Origin: a virus
Lineage: Duplodnaviria; Caudoviricetes
IMG/VR virus record: IMGVR_UViG_3300009682_000003
Span: 1 to 64,000 of that record
Length of the DNA: 64,000 bases
Strand: one strand, 5' to 3'
The notes beneath the pieces were generated by a model. It was not told where the DNA came from. It saw only the letters and a list, made by a program, of their open reading frames with translations, and made no database searches. Below, in pieces: positions 1 to 9,196 of the stretch; position 1 is the stretch's first letter; each line of letters begins with the position of its first letter. The translations under genes were made by a program, and so were the position numbers.

Positions 1-1
1 C

Positions 2-382
2 GATGCCAGTGGACGGGTCGAAGGCCTCCACGATGCGAACGTGCGTCGCGCGTGAGGGCTTACCGTACAGCGCCAAGTCGCCTGGCTCTGGCACGTCCAC
101 CGCGGGTAGCTGCTTGTACATGGCGTCGGCGTTCATGGCGACGGTGATGCCCGCCTGCCTCGCGCACTGGATGACCAGGCCCGAGCAGTCCAGGCCGTAC
201 CCGGCGCCGCCGTGGCCCCCGCCCCACTGGTACGGCGTCGAGGCCTCGACGTGCTGGCGCGCGCAGTCGAGCACGTCGTTGCGCCATGTGCGAGGCGCAG
301 GCTTCGCCGCCGCGGGCCTCACAACAACCAGGACGCCGACGACCAGGGCGGCGGCTCCCGCGGCCACGATCCAAGCTCTCAC
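2..382 (-). CDS. NlpC/P60 peptidoglycan endopeptidase with N-terminal TM (truncated by window edge)
   Basis: Hand translation from GTG at 382: MRAWIVAAGAAALVVGVLVVV...PYQWGG...GLDCSGLV...PGDLALYG...THVRIV (Cys/His catalytic motifs); not in the ORF track. Confidence 0.85.
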   Translation of the reverse strand, partial: MRAWIVAAGAAALVVGVLVVVRPAAAKPAPRTWRNDVLDCARQHVEASTPYQWGGGHGGAGYGLDCSGLVIQCARQAGITVAMNADAMYKQLPAVDVPEPGDLALYGKPSRATHVRIVEAFDPSTGI

Positions 383-765
383 CTCTTGGCTCGATCGTAG
401 GGCGTGCCGTCCGGCTTCTTGATCCAGTTCCACAACGGGCTTGCAGACGGCGGATCGGGCCACGACGCTGGAATCATGATCCGCTCGCCAGCCCACGCGC
501 TGAACGCGCACGTCCCCGTGTTGTCCAGCTCGAAGCCGGACGCGAAGTCGTAGTTCGCGTTGCGAAGCTCTGTCCACAAATGGGGCGCCCCGACCCACAT
601 TGCGGCTATTTCCGAGGGCCACTTGTCTGCGGGAGGAAAGAGCGCATACGGCTTGCGGTTGTAGATCGGCGTGCTGACGGAGCATTTCGTCGCCCGTCGC
701 TCCCCGGCTCTTGCGAAGGGAAAGGCACCGACCTGGCCTCGATTGCGATCGTCCATGCTGCTCAC
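379..765 (-). CDS. LysM-like domain protein (paralog of the second domain of 29175..30071)
   Basis: EIAAMWVGAPHLWTELRNANYDF...GERIMIPASWPDPP; GTGA overlap with upstream stop. Confidence 0.7.
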   Translation of the reverse strand: MSSMDDRNRGQVGAFPFARAGERRATKCSVSTPIYNRKPYALFPPADKWPSEIAAMWVGAPHLWTELRNANYDFASGFELDNTGTCAFSAWAGERIMIPASWPDPPSASPLWNWIKKPDGTPYDRAKR

Positions 766-1259
766 CTGAAGTAGCCTTCCTGCTTGCAATGGCGGCTGCT
801 CGGCTTCTTGTACGCGCAGTAGCGCGACCAGGCCGTCGCCCACACCTTCCCCTCGCCGTAGGTCGGCATCGCGCGCCTTGTCTCCCAGGCGTAGCGCTCC
901 ACCTCCCACGGCCTGTCGATCTTGCGGCGCAGCTCGTCCGTGCACAGGACGGCCCCCCACACCTCCGCGCCGTCCGCGTTCCTGCCCGTGGGGATGAAAG
1001 CGATCAGGCCAGCGCGCACCGTGCCCAGGGGCACGACGTCGCGCGTGATCTGGTAGGGCTTGCCTCTTTTCTCGCCGCGGACCAGCGCGACCGAATCTTG
1101 CCAGAGCACGTATGCCATGGTCCCGGCGTCGGCCCGCTCGTTCTGCCCGCGAGGCGATCGGTCTAGGACGAAGGCCGGCAGGTCGTCGGGCGCATCGATC
1201 GGCGGCATGTCCACCAGGCGGAACGGTCGCAGCCGATCGACGAGCCAGACCCGGGCCAC
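762..1259 (-). CDS. hypothetical protein
   Basis: Coding-like 3' part of ORF 762..2030; GTG just after upstream stop. Confidence 0.55.
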   Translation of the reverse strand: MARVWLVDRLRPFRLVDMPPIDAPDDLPAFVLDRSPRGQNERADAGTMAYVLWQDSVALVRGEKRGKPYQITRDVVPLGTVRAGLIAFIPTGRNADGAEVWGAVLCTDELRRKIDRPWEVERYAWETRRAMPTYGEGKVWATAWSRYCAYKKPSSRHCKQEGYFR

Positions 1260-1261
1260 GG

Positions 1262-2704
1262 TCAGCCCTCCTTGGCCTTCTTCGAGGCCTTCTTCGCGGG
1301 CTTCGTGCGCGGCTTCGCCGGCTTCCTGACGGCAGCAGCCTTGGCGGGGCGCTTCGAGGCCTTCTTCGCCGGCTTCTTGCGCGCCTTGGAGGCCTTCTTC
1401 GCCGGCTTGGAGGTGGCAGCCTTCGAGGCCTTCTTCGCGGGCTTCTTGCGCGGCTTCGCCGGCTTCTTGGCGGCAGCCTTGGCGGGGCGCTTCGAGGCCT
1501 TCTTCGCCGGCTTCTTGCGCGGCTTCGCCGGCTTCTTGGCGGCAGCCTTGGCGGGGCGCTTCGAGGCCTTCTTCGCGGGCTTCTTGCGCGGCTTCGCCGG
1601 CTTCTTGGCGGCAGCCTTGGCGGGGCGCTTCGAGGCCTTCTTCGCGGGCTTCTTGCGCGGCTTCGAGGCCTTCTTCGCCGGCTTCTTGACCGGAGCTCGA
1701 ATGACGCCGACGACGACCAGCGTGCCCATGTTCTCGCGGGCCTGGCGGGTGAGCTCGGTGGACACGCGGCCTTGCTTCGCCCAGCCGGTGGGGGGCGTTC
1801 CCGGGAACTCGACGAGCAGGTTGTGCTCGTCCTCGACTCCCACGACCTTTGCCTTGCGGTAGGCCTGCTCGTGGGGAACCCAGACCTCGACGTCGTCGCC
1901 CACGCCCACCTCGGATACGCCCTCGCGCGTCGACCTGGCCTTCGGCGGCACCGAGCCGGCCTTGAAGCAGGCGTCGCGCGTGCTGTCGTAGTGCGAGCCC
2001 TTGTGCCCCTTGTGCAAGGTGCAAGTGCACTCACCGTGCACTGCGCCGCAGTACCCTCCCTTCGCTGGCGTCGACTCGCACGAGCACTTCGCCTTGCCCT
2101 CGATGTCGACCTTCCAGGTGTCGCCGCTTCCCGGCAGCGCCTCGATCCTCCCGACGCGGCCCTTGCCGTCCTCAAACCGAGAAGAGCCAGGCACCGGGTG
2201 GAAGCCCTGCTTGATCAGGTGATCGAAGGCCTGCTGGTACGTCATCGAGCTGCCGGTGGACTCCTTTGCCCGGCGCGCCTTCGGCTTGCCGCCAGACTTG
2301 CGGCCCCAGTGGGCGTCGAGGGAGCGATTCCAGCGCTTCTTGAGGTCCGCCATGCTCATGCGCAGCGGGTAGCCGTCGAGGTTCAGCGGGCCGTAGTAGC
2401 CCGCGATGGTTTCGAGCACGAGCACGCGATCGGCAACGTCCTTGCTCTGCGCCGCGGCAAGCAGCTCGCTCTTGGGCATGTCGACCGAGCTTGCGGGCTC
2501 GGTGATCATGTCGTGCGAGTAGTACGCGCTCACGTCGTCGGGAACGGTGGCTCGGTACACCTCGAACTCCCCGAGCTGCTCGTAGTCCTCCGCAAACCAG
2601 AACTCCCAGGTGATGCCCGAATCCGTCTTGTAGACCACGCCGCCGCCGTGAGTGAACGGGTCGCGGTCCCCCGTCGTCATGAGGATCGTTCGTCTGGTTG
2701 CCAT
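1262..2704 (-). CDS. Multidomain protein with histone H1-like Lys/Ala/Pro-rich C-terminal tail
   Basis: Globular N-terminus, Cys/His cluster, then repeats of KPAKPRKKPAKKASKRPAKAAAK. Confidence 0.8.
   Translation of the reverse strand: MATRRTILMTTGDRDPFTHGGGVVYKTDSGITWEFWFAEDYEQLGEFEVYRATVPDDVSAYYSHDMITEPASSVDMPKSELLAAAQSKDVADRVLVLETIAGYYGPLNLDGYPLRMSMADLKKRWNRSLDAHWGRKSGGKPKARRAKESTGSSMTYQQAFDHLIKQGFHPVPGSSRFEDGKGRVGRIEALPGSGDTWKVDIEGKAKCSCESTPAKGGYCGAVHGECTCTLHKGHKGSHYDSTRDACFKAGSVPPKARSTREGVSEVGVGDDVEVWVPHEQAYRKAKVVGVEDEHNLLVEFPGTPPTGWAKQGRVSTELTRQARENMGTLVVVGVIRAPVKKPAKKASKPRKKPAKKASKRPAKAAAKKPAKPRKKPAKKASKRPAKAAAKKPAKPRKKPAKKASKRPAKAAAKKPAKPRKKPAKKASKAATSKPAKKASKARKKPAKKASKRPAKAAAVRKPAKPRTKPAKKASKKAKEG
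1283..1690. repeat. 69-bp tandem repeat (three near-identical copies 1441-1647 plus degenerate flanks)
   Basis: gcttcttgcgcgg recurs at 1441, 1510, 1579 and 1648. Confidence 0.95.
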
Positions 2705-2750
2705 GGGCGCAAGAGTACCACCGCGATTTCTTGCGCGTCTACACAACCGA

Positions 2751-4238
2751 TCAGCCCGAGCCCTCGATCTCGGCCACCAGCCCCTTCGAGGTCGCCCACG
2801 CGACGATCAGGTCGTGCAGCATCCACCCGTACTGGTAGTTGATCTCGTCGCGCATCTCGATGTGCCTTCCGGCGAGCACCTCGCCCCACTCGGGCGGCGT
2901 CGGCACCTGGAGCAGGTCGCCCCGCCATCCGGCTGTGGACAGGAAAGCCTCGGCGTCTCGGGCGAGAAAAGCTGGGCACAACGCAACGGGCGCTGAGTCG
3001 AGCGACACGACCGCTGCGCTCTTGGCTTCGAGGTAAGGGTAGCGGTCCTTGGGCCTGTCGCCCAGTGCCTGCATGCGCTCGGGCGTGATGTCGCGCTTCC
3101 AGAGCTTCGCCCGCATCCCGATTGCGTCTGCGAGCGCCAGCGTGTTCTTGATCAGCGGCACCATTTCCCCCATGTAGCCCGTCTCGCTGATCGGAGGGCC
3201 AAGCACCCACTCGTGCGCGCTTACGACGCCGTGGTCGTTGAGGTAAGGCGACGCTTCCCACGCCCCCGTGAGCTGCTCGAACAGTACGATGGCCCCGCCT
3301 TTGATGAACGACGACACGCCGCCCGTCCAGGCGTCGCTCTTGTAAACCACGATGGGCCAAGCACCGCGACGCTTCTTGTACGGCGACAGTCCTTCGAGCA
3401 CGATGCCGAAGCGCAGCACGAGGCACAGCGGCCCGAACGGCGTCGCCGGGATCTCGCCCACCGCGATGCTTGGGAACAGCAGCCCGCCGCACGCTCGGAT
3501 CGCCTTCGCCGCTCCCATGATCTCGGCGCGGTCGAGGCTCAAGCAGTGCGTCGCGATGAGGTCCATTCCCCAACGCTTCGGCTCTCGCCGGCTTGGAACG
3601 AATTTCGTTCGCGTCTTTCCCACCACGGCTCCCTCGGTGGAGCGAACGACCGGGGAGTGCATGCACGGGTCGACGCCGAGCAGCTTCGGCTCGCCCCAGC
3701 CAGGCCACCAGCTCTCGGGCTTGGAGCCGTCGAGCTCCACCTCCATGAGCCCGTCAGGTGCGCGCCCCTCGAACATGCGTTGAGCCTTCGCGTTCCAGAA
3801 CGGCGTCGCGCGGTCCCCTGGGTTCCAAGGCGCGCCCTCGGAGGGCATGATCGTGACGTGCGCCGACTCGGTGCCGAGCATTTCGGCGGCGATCCCCTCG
3901 ATTGCCGAGCACACCTCGCTGTAGTGCGCGTCGGGCTCGGACATGGTCTGGCCGGCGCCACCGTCGACACCGTACCCTCGCGGGTCGCTGCGCGCGTCGA
4001 GCCCCAGGGCTCGTTGCATCTCCACGTCGAGGAAGTGCCGGCGGTTGTTGAACATGCCCTGCGTCGTACGAAACAGGCGGTTTTCGATGCGCAGCGCTGG
4101 GCCGCGGAACGCAAACGACGGCTCGTCTCCCCTGTACCAAGCAAGAACCTCGGTGGCACCGAACAGGTCGAGTCCCCGCCAGCCCTGGAGCCGGCGCGCA
4201 AAGGTCATCATGTTGGCGGTGGGGCTCTTCGTCGTCAT
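2751..4238 (-). CDS. hypothetical protein; C-terminal half possibly ART-like/polyvalent-protein domain
   Basis: Long coding-like ORF; motif LIATHCL...GGLLFPSIAV...FGPLCLVL...VYKSDAWT. Confidence 0.6.
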   Translation of the reverse strand: MTTKSPTANMMTFARRLQGWRGLDLFGATEVLAWYRGDEPSFAFRGPALRIENRLFRTTQGMFNNRRHFLDVEMQRALGLDARSDPRGYGVDGGAGQTMSEPDAHYSEVCSAIEGIAAEMLGTESAHVTIMPSEGAPWNPGDRATPFWNAKAQRMFEGRAPDGLMEVELDGSKPESWWPGWGEPKLLGVDPCMHSPVVRSTEGAVVGKTRTKFVPSRREPKRWGMDLIATHCLSLDRAEIMGAAKAIRACGGLLFPSIAVGEIPATPFGPLCLVLRFGIVLEGLSPYKKRRGAWPIVVYKSDAWTGGVSSFIKGGAIVLFEQLTGAWEASPYLNDHGVVSAHEWVLGPPISETGYMGEMVPLIKNTLALADAIGMRAKLWKRDITPERMQALGDRPKDRYPYLEAKSAAVVSLDSAPVALCPAFLARDAEAFLSTAGWRGDLLQVPTPPEWGEVLAGRHIEMRDEINYQYGWMLHDLIVAWATSKGLVAEIEGSG

Positions 4239-4285
4239 GCCCACGAGGCTACCACGGAGGTGCGAGCGGCGTGTATCCTTGCGGC

Positions 4286-5194
4286 ATGGCGCGCAGCAAG
4301 GTGTTCGACCGCAGCAAGTGCAAGGAAAAGAAGCACCCCGAGGTGGAGCTGAAGGGAGAGCCCTTCCTGCCAGACTATGACGCGATCGTGATCAGCACGA
4401 GCGGCGGCAAGGACAGCGAGTGCGCCATGGATCTCGCGGTTGAGCGCGCGAAGCAGCAAGGCGTCCTTGAGCGGGTGCTCGCCGTGCACGCGATCTTGCC
4501 CGACGTCGAGTGGCCCGGCGTCGAGGAACTCGTCGAGAAGCAGGCGAGGTTCTTCGGCGTGCCGGTGGTGTTCGTTCAGAGCGACCAGAAGTGGAGGTCG
4601 TGGCTCGACTACGCGATCGAGCGCAAGCAGTGGCCCGGTTTCGGCACGCGCTACTGCACCAAGCAGTGGAAGTACACGCCGGTCAACACGCTGTTCACCG
4701 CGCTTCGGAGGAAGTTTCAGGCGGCAACGGGCGTCAAGCAAATCCGCATCCTGCACGTCATGGGCCTGCGCGCCGAGGAGAGCGACGAGCGCGAGTGCCT
4801 GTACTACTACTTCCACGTCACCGACCCGAGCCGAACGAACTCGGTCAAGCACACCGACACCTGGCTGCCGGTGTTCCGCTGGACGACGGCGCAGATCTGG
4901 GACCACATACACAAGCGCAAGCTGCCGTACCACCCCGTGTACGATCAGGGCATGGCGCGCCTGTCGTGCGTGTTCTGCCCCCTCGCAGGCAAGCAGGACA
5001 TAGTCACCGCGGCGGCGCTGAACCCCAAGGCCTTGCAGGTCTACGTGGACGCGGAGAAGAAGATCGGCAAGCCGATCAAGCCGAGGTTCTGGCTGCGCGA
5101 CGTGCAGAAGTCGCTTCGCGCCGGCAAGGTGCCCGTCGTCGAGAGCAGCTACGAAGAGCTGTACTGCTGGCAGTGCCCAGGCATGCTGGGGTAG
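4286..5194 (+). CDS. PAPS reductase family (PP-loop) protein, phage type
   Basis: VISTSGGKDS PP-loop, GLRAEES, WLPVFRWT, RLSCVFCP. Confidence 0.9.
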   Translation: MARSKVFDRSKCKEKKHPEVELKGEPFLPDYDAIVISTSGGKDSECAMDLAVERAKQQGVLERVLAVHAILPDVEWPGVEELVEKQARFFGVPVVFVQSDQKWRSWLDYAIERKQWPGFGTRYCTKQWKYTPVNTLFTALRRKFQAATGVKQIRILHVMGLRAEESDERECLYYYFHVTDPSRTNSVKHTDTWLPVFRWTTAQIWDHIHKRKLPYHPVYDQGMARLSCVFCPLAGKQDIVTAAALNPKALQVYVDAEKKIGKPIKPRFWLRDVQKSLRAGKVPVVESSYEELYCWQCPGMLG

Positions 5195-5216
5195 CCTGCC
5201 CGGCGTGAAAATCTGC

Positions 5217-5840
5217 CTACGAACGCCACGCGGTGTTGCACGCGATCTTGCGGAAGCCGAACGTCCACGGCTCGCCGTACACCTGCACCTGCGTGTCTCC
5301 CATCGGAGCCCCTGGACACTTCTTGCGGTCGATCGGCATGAGGATCGGCTTGCCTCCCGCGTGGTTTACCTTGATCCGCATCCGAAACGTGCCGTCGATC
5401 GTCTCGCACTTGGGGAACGTGCCCTCGACCTCGGGCGTCGCGTGCCAGCCGTCAGGCCAGCGCGTGAACCTCACGTAGTGAGGCGGCGCGCCGGGGGCGC
5501 CAGCGTTCATTCCAAACCACGTCCACATGAGCATGGGTAGTTCGTTCTTGGACCGCGGCGCCTTGCCTTCCTCGACGACGAACGAGCGGAAGTGCCACGG
5601 GCCAGCGGGCGAGCGGCCAGCCGGCACGTAGACGCCGCGCTCCAGCGTGCGCCCGAAGATGGCGCGCAGGTTTGCCGGGGCGTCGAGCGGCACCTCCCGG
5701 TGGGGCGAGAAGAAGCCATGCGAGCGCGCGACGACCACGCCCGGCGTTGGGTGGGGGGCAACCAGGATCGTGCTCCCAAGGGCCTGCCGGGCCTCGCGCG
5801 AGGCCCAGAGCGCGGGCGTTTCGAGGTTCAATTCTCTCAT
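5217..5840 (-). CDS. hypothetical protein
   Basis: Coding-like ORF in the minus-strand run. Confidence 0.55.
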   Translation of the reverse strand: MRELNLETPALWASREARQALGSTILVAPHPTPGVVVARSHGFFSPHREVPLDAPANLRAIFGRTLERGVYVPAGRSPAGPWHFRSFVVEEGKAPRSKNELPMLMWTWFGMNAGAPGAPPHYVRFTRWPDGWHATPEVEGTFPKCETIDGTFRMRIKVNHAGGKPILMPIDRKKCPGAPMGDTQVQVYGEPWTFGFRKIACNTAWRS

Positions 5841-5886
5841 GCGGCGATGGTACGCCGCGCCGGGCCTCGTCCACCAGCTCGGAGTG

Positions 5887-7137
5887 CTACCCCACGACCG
5901 CAAGGCGCCAGGCCTCGCCGTCGTGCGCGTACACCTCGGTGCCAGGCGCTACGCGGCCCAGTAGCCAAGCCTCCGAGGTGACCGAGCCTGGGTCGCCGTG
6001 CAGTATCACGCGCCCCGGAATGTCCAGGGGCTCGACCTCGACGTCCAGGCCAAGCTCCTCGACCCATTGCTGCACCGTGGGAACGACGATCGTGGAGCCG
6101 GGCAAGGAAACGGTCGATCCGCGCCAGTCGAGCTCCACCGTGCCGCGCGACCGCCGCAAGGCCTCGAACCCGTATCCCCGGTCCTGGTTGAGCCCGCCTC
6201 GATCAAACCTCGGCACGCCCGCGACTACGAGGCGCCGCCAGACGCGGGAGCCGGGCGCTACGGCCTGCGAGGCGAGGCTGCCTGGCGTGTCCGTCGCCGC
6301 GAAGATCTCGGAGCCCTCGACGAACGCCTGGGCGGGCTTCGCCATGGCGTGCAACGGGCCAGACTTATCGGGCCAAGGCAGGTACAGCTTGACCATGCCG
6401 GGCTTGCCGTTCGGAACGGGGCCTTCGAGCGCAAGCACAGCGCGGTCGTTGGCCTCCATCGGCGCCTCGATGGCCCAGGTGGTGGCGGGAATGCCCACGC
6501 GCGCCCCCGTCTCGACGTCGACCATGGCGCACGGCACGCCGATCGTGCACCGTGGCTCGTCCCTGGGGCCTGACGGCCTCCTAGCGGGCGCCTGGGCGGC
6601 TGGGGCGGCAGCGGGAGGCTTCCGGCCCTTGGCGGGCTTCCTGGGCCTGCTCGGGGGCGGTGGGGCCTGCTCCTCGGGCTCGTCCTCGGGTTCCTCGGGC
6701 TCGCCTGGCTCGGGTCCGACGATGGCCGCGTGCCCTGGCGCTGGTTTGGGCTTCGGCGGCTCCGGGGGCGGGTCGGCCTTGCACCCGGTCTTGCGCCAGT
6801 AGATGGGGGCCTGCCAGGTGTGCTCGACCTTGCCGGCGCGAGCGAGGTTCCAGATCGCCGTCTCGGGGTTCTTGCCTGCCGCGGTGTCGCCCTCGATGTT
6901 AGCGATTTCCACGGCGAGGCGGTGGAACGTCCTCGGGACGCAGTCGCTCAGCGCACGCAAGATCTCCTTTTCCCACTGCTCGACAGGCGATTTCGCAGCC
7001 GCTCGCCAGGCCGTCGCGCTCACCTTGCCGCGGCCCGTGCGCTCGGGGTCGAGCCGGGACCGGATCATGATCACGTACTGCGACACGCCGCTCAGGTCTG
7101 GCACTTCGCTCGACCACTCGACCTTGGGCTTGGCCAT
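5887..7137 (-). CDS. hypothetical protein with N-terminal winged-helix-like segment and Pro-rich linker
   Basis: EILRALSD...TFHRLAVE...AIWNLARAGKV; PEPPKPKP linker. Confidence 0.65.
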   Translation of the reverse strand: MAKPKVEWSSEVPDLSGVSQYVIMIRSRLDPERTGRGKVSATAWRAAAKSPVEQWEKEILRALSDCVPRTFHRLAVEIANIEGDTAAGKNPETAIWNLARAGKVEHTWQAPIYWRKTGCKADPPPEPPKPKPAPGHAAIVGPEPGEPEEPEDEPEEQAPPPPSRPRKPAKGRKPPAAAPAAQAPARRPSGPRDEPRCTIGVPCAMVDVETGARVGIPATTWAIEAPMEANDRAVLALEGPVPNGKPGMVKLYLPWPDKSGPLHAMAKPAQAFVEGSEIFAATDTPGSLASQAVAPGSRVWRRLVVAGVPRFDRGGLNQDRGYGFEALRRSRGTVELDWRGSTVSLPGSTIVVPTVQQWVEELGLDVEVEPLDIPGRVILHGDPGSVTSEAWLLGRVAPGTEVYAHDGEAWRLAVVG

Positions 7138-7156
7138 GGCTCGTTTCCTTGCAGGT

Positions 7157-7630
7157 TCAGGCAATCATCGTGGCGGCGTGGCTCGAGCCCATCGACTTGC
7201 CCACGCGGTTGATCAGCTTGACGAACGACTTGTTGCTCAGCGCGTGGGGGCCGCGAGCCCGGCGCACCAGCCACACCGCGTCTGCGGGCGAAGCCCTTGT
7301 CAGGAACATGATCGCGAGCGCGGTCACGAGCCCTGAGCGGTTGCGCCCCATCGCGCAGGTGACCAGCACGGGCTCGCCCTTGCGAACCCAGTGCGCGACG
7401 TGTGCCGCGCACTTCACCGCAGAAGCCGACTCGTCCTCTCTCACCGGAGGCCCGCTGTCGTCGATGTGGCATCGGTGCACCCGCATGCCAGGGAAAGCGC
7501 TGTCGGGCGGTTGGATCTCCCACGCGGTGAGCACGAGGTGCTTCCAAGGCCCTTTGATCCCAGGCCTCGGCGCTCCACCCATCCACAAGTCCTTGATCAC
7601 GAGGTCGGCGTCGACCGCTTGCTTCCCCAC
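7157..7630 (-). CDS. Dual-specificity/PTP-family phosphatase
   Basis: CX5R signature VLVTCAMGRNRSG. Confidence 0.85.
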   Translation of the reverse strand: MGKQAVDADLVIKDLWMGGAPRPGIKGPWKHLVLTAWEIQPPDSAFPGMRVHRCHIDDSGPPVREDESASAVKCAAHVAHWVRKGEPVLVTCAMGRNRSGLVTALAIMFLTRASPADAVWLVRRARGPHALSNKSFVKLINRVGKSMGSSHAATMIA

Positions 7631-7639
7631 GTTCCCTCC

Positions 7640-8035
7640 CTAGCCTCGGCTTGTGACCATGATCGCGATCCAGCCGATGAACACGCCCCCGAGGATGCCC
7701 CCGACAATCGCGGCTGCGGGGGCGACAGCCTCGCGCGGGTAGCACGCGGGCGTGCCCTGGTACTCCTTGTCCGCGAGAACTTCGCGCGGGCATAGCCCCG
7801 TGGCGAGGGGCACCGCGCCCATGACTGGCGACAGTTGCCTCTTGCGGAACGCCTCGCGGATCTCGAAGCGAAGCTCGGGGGGGGCCTCGGCGTATCGAGC
7901 AGCCAGGCACGCGAACTCTGGCCAGTTCACTTCGCCCTCTCGCGCCCCGAACGACAACGGCCCGTCTCCCCAACCTTCGCGGATCGCGTCCGCCAGCGCT
8001 CCCGCCTCGTCGAACGAGCGGACCCAGGCCTCCAC
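7640..8035 (-). CDS. Tail-anchored membrane protein
   Basis: GTG after GGGAG; C-terminal IVGGILGGVFIGWIAIMV; NWPEFACLA resembles DWRELACFA in 25771..26382. Confidence 0.6.
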   Translation of the reverse strand: MEAWVRSFDEAGALADAIREGWGDGPLSFGAREGEVNWPEFACLAARYAEAPPELRFEIREAFRKRQLSPVMGAVPLATGLCPREVLADKEYQGTPACYPREAVAPAAAIVGGILGGVFIGWIAIMVTSRG

Positions 8036-8126
8036 GTCTCCCGCTTTGCCCTGAGCCCTTGCCAGCTCACGAGCGATCACAGCTCGGACCTGACACCAAG
8101 CGTACGGGCTGAACGTCAAGAGCGCA

Positions 8127-8155
8127 TGGACTGGCTGTTCCACGGGCCTTATACT
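8127..8155 (+). promoter_or_regulatory. sigma70-like promoter of the Fis-like gene
   Basis: TGGACT-N17-TATACT, 7 nt before the ATG at 8163. Confidence 0.55.
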
Positions 8156-8162
8156 CGCACCC

Positions 8163-8402
8163 ATGGCACGCGACGCGCAACCGACGACGTTAGCCCAGGC
8201 GCGCGACGCCGCGGACAAGCAGGCGGTGCTTGCTGCGCTTCGCAAGCACGAGGGGCGGCGCGACCTGGCGGCTGGGGAGCTCCAGATCAGCGAGCGCTAC
8301 CTGTACTCGTTGATCCGCCGGCACAAGCTCGACCGCGACCTGCGCGCCATCGAGCGGGAGGCGGGGCGCAAGACCTGGGCGCCTGGTCGACCGGCGGCGT
8401 AG
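8163..8402 (+). CDS. Standalone Fis-type helix-turn-helix protein
   Basis: KQAVLAALRKHEGRRDLAAGELQISERYLYSLIRRHKL. Confidence 0.85.
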   Translation: MARDAQPTTLAQARDAADKQAVLAALRKHEGRRDLAAGELQISERYLYSLIRRHKLDRDLRAIEREAGRKTWAPGRPAA

Positions 8403-8504
8403 GCTCGCGCCCGACCTTGCGGTAGCATGTCGGCATGTGCCAGCCAACCTAGCCGTGTCTCGCGGCAGTTCAAGGCCGCTGCTCGCAGCCGGGATCGCAG
8501 TGGC

Positions 8505-8532
8505 GGTGGTAGCGGCGCTCGTTGCCGCTACC
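8505..8532. terminator. Hairpin between convergent genes
   Basis: ggtagcggc-loop-gccgctacc inverted repeat; no U-tract. Confidence 0.4.
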
Positions 8533-9022
8533 GCAGCGGCAAGGTAACGAGCCTGCCGACAAGCCACCCGCCTGCGTTGCCCACCAGCACGCCGAGCACG
8601 GTCCACCAGAACGAGCCGTCCTTCGCCTTGTAGGCGTACCAGCCGCCGCCGACAGCTCCACCGAGGCTTGCGATCCCGGTGATGATCTCGGAGGCCTCCC
8701 AGCCCTTGGGGTTCGCCTGTTCTTGCTCCCAAGCGGCCTGGATCGCCTGGGCCTTGACCACGTCGTCGGGCGAGCCGTACGAAGAGAAGTCGCAGCCCTG
8801 CGTGTCCACCTCTTGCGTGCAGATCCCGTGCACGTAGTCAAACACGCGCTGGTTGAGCTGGCATGCAACGTCTGGGTCGTCTGGGTTGCGGCAGACGCCG
8901 CAGTGGCAGATCAGTCCAGGGTTGCATCGGTCGTGACTGAAGCAGAACGCGCACTCGGAGCCTGGTGCGATCTGCTCGTACGGCACGCGGTCGGGAGCGG
9001 TGCAGGGGGATTGCCAGGTCAT
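8528..9022 (-). CDS. Cys-rich protein with two C-terminal TM segments
   Basis: Many Cys in N-half; IITGIASLGGAVGGGW and FWWTVLGVLVGNAGGWLVG. Confidence 0.7.
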   Translation of the reverse strand: MTWQSPCTAPDRVPYEQIAPGSECAFCFSHDRCNPGLICHCGVCRNPDDPDVACQLNQRVFDYVHGICTQEVDTQGCDFSSYGSPDDVVKAQAIQAAWEQEQANPKGWEASEIITGIASLGGAVGGGWYAYKAKDGSFWWTVLGVLVGNAGGWLVGRLVTLPLR

Positions 9023-9130
9023 GCCGGCAGTGTACGCCGGATAGGCCAGCCCGCGCGCCCAAATGCGCGAGGGCTGGTGCCGCCCGCGCGGAGCGCCGGG
9101 GGGGCGAGCGCACCGGCTAGCAGCGCGTAT

Positions 9131-9160
9131 AGGCTACGGCGCGCCGTTCGGCGCGGTCAA
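9131..9160 (-). promoter_or_regulatory. sigma70-like promoter
   Basis: TTGACC-N18-TAGCCT on the minus strand upstream of 9022. Confidence 0.45.
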
Positions 9161-9196
9161 GGCACTGTGTGGCACTGGGGGGGGGGAAAAGGCGAA

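Noticed and set aside
1283-1690. Tandem repeats as a possible CRISPR array
   Set aside because: There are no unique spacers, the repeats are in-frame coding, and no cas genes are present.
1272-1862. Plus-strand ORF of FEAFFAGF repeats resembling a membrane protein
   Set aside because: It is the antisense mirror of the PAKKASK repeat gene.
4286-5194. Sulfate-assimilation cysH or a Dnd phosphorothioation system
   Set aside because: No cys genes and no dndA/B/D/E or ssp genes are in the window; the protein has phage-type motifs.
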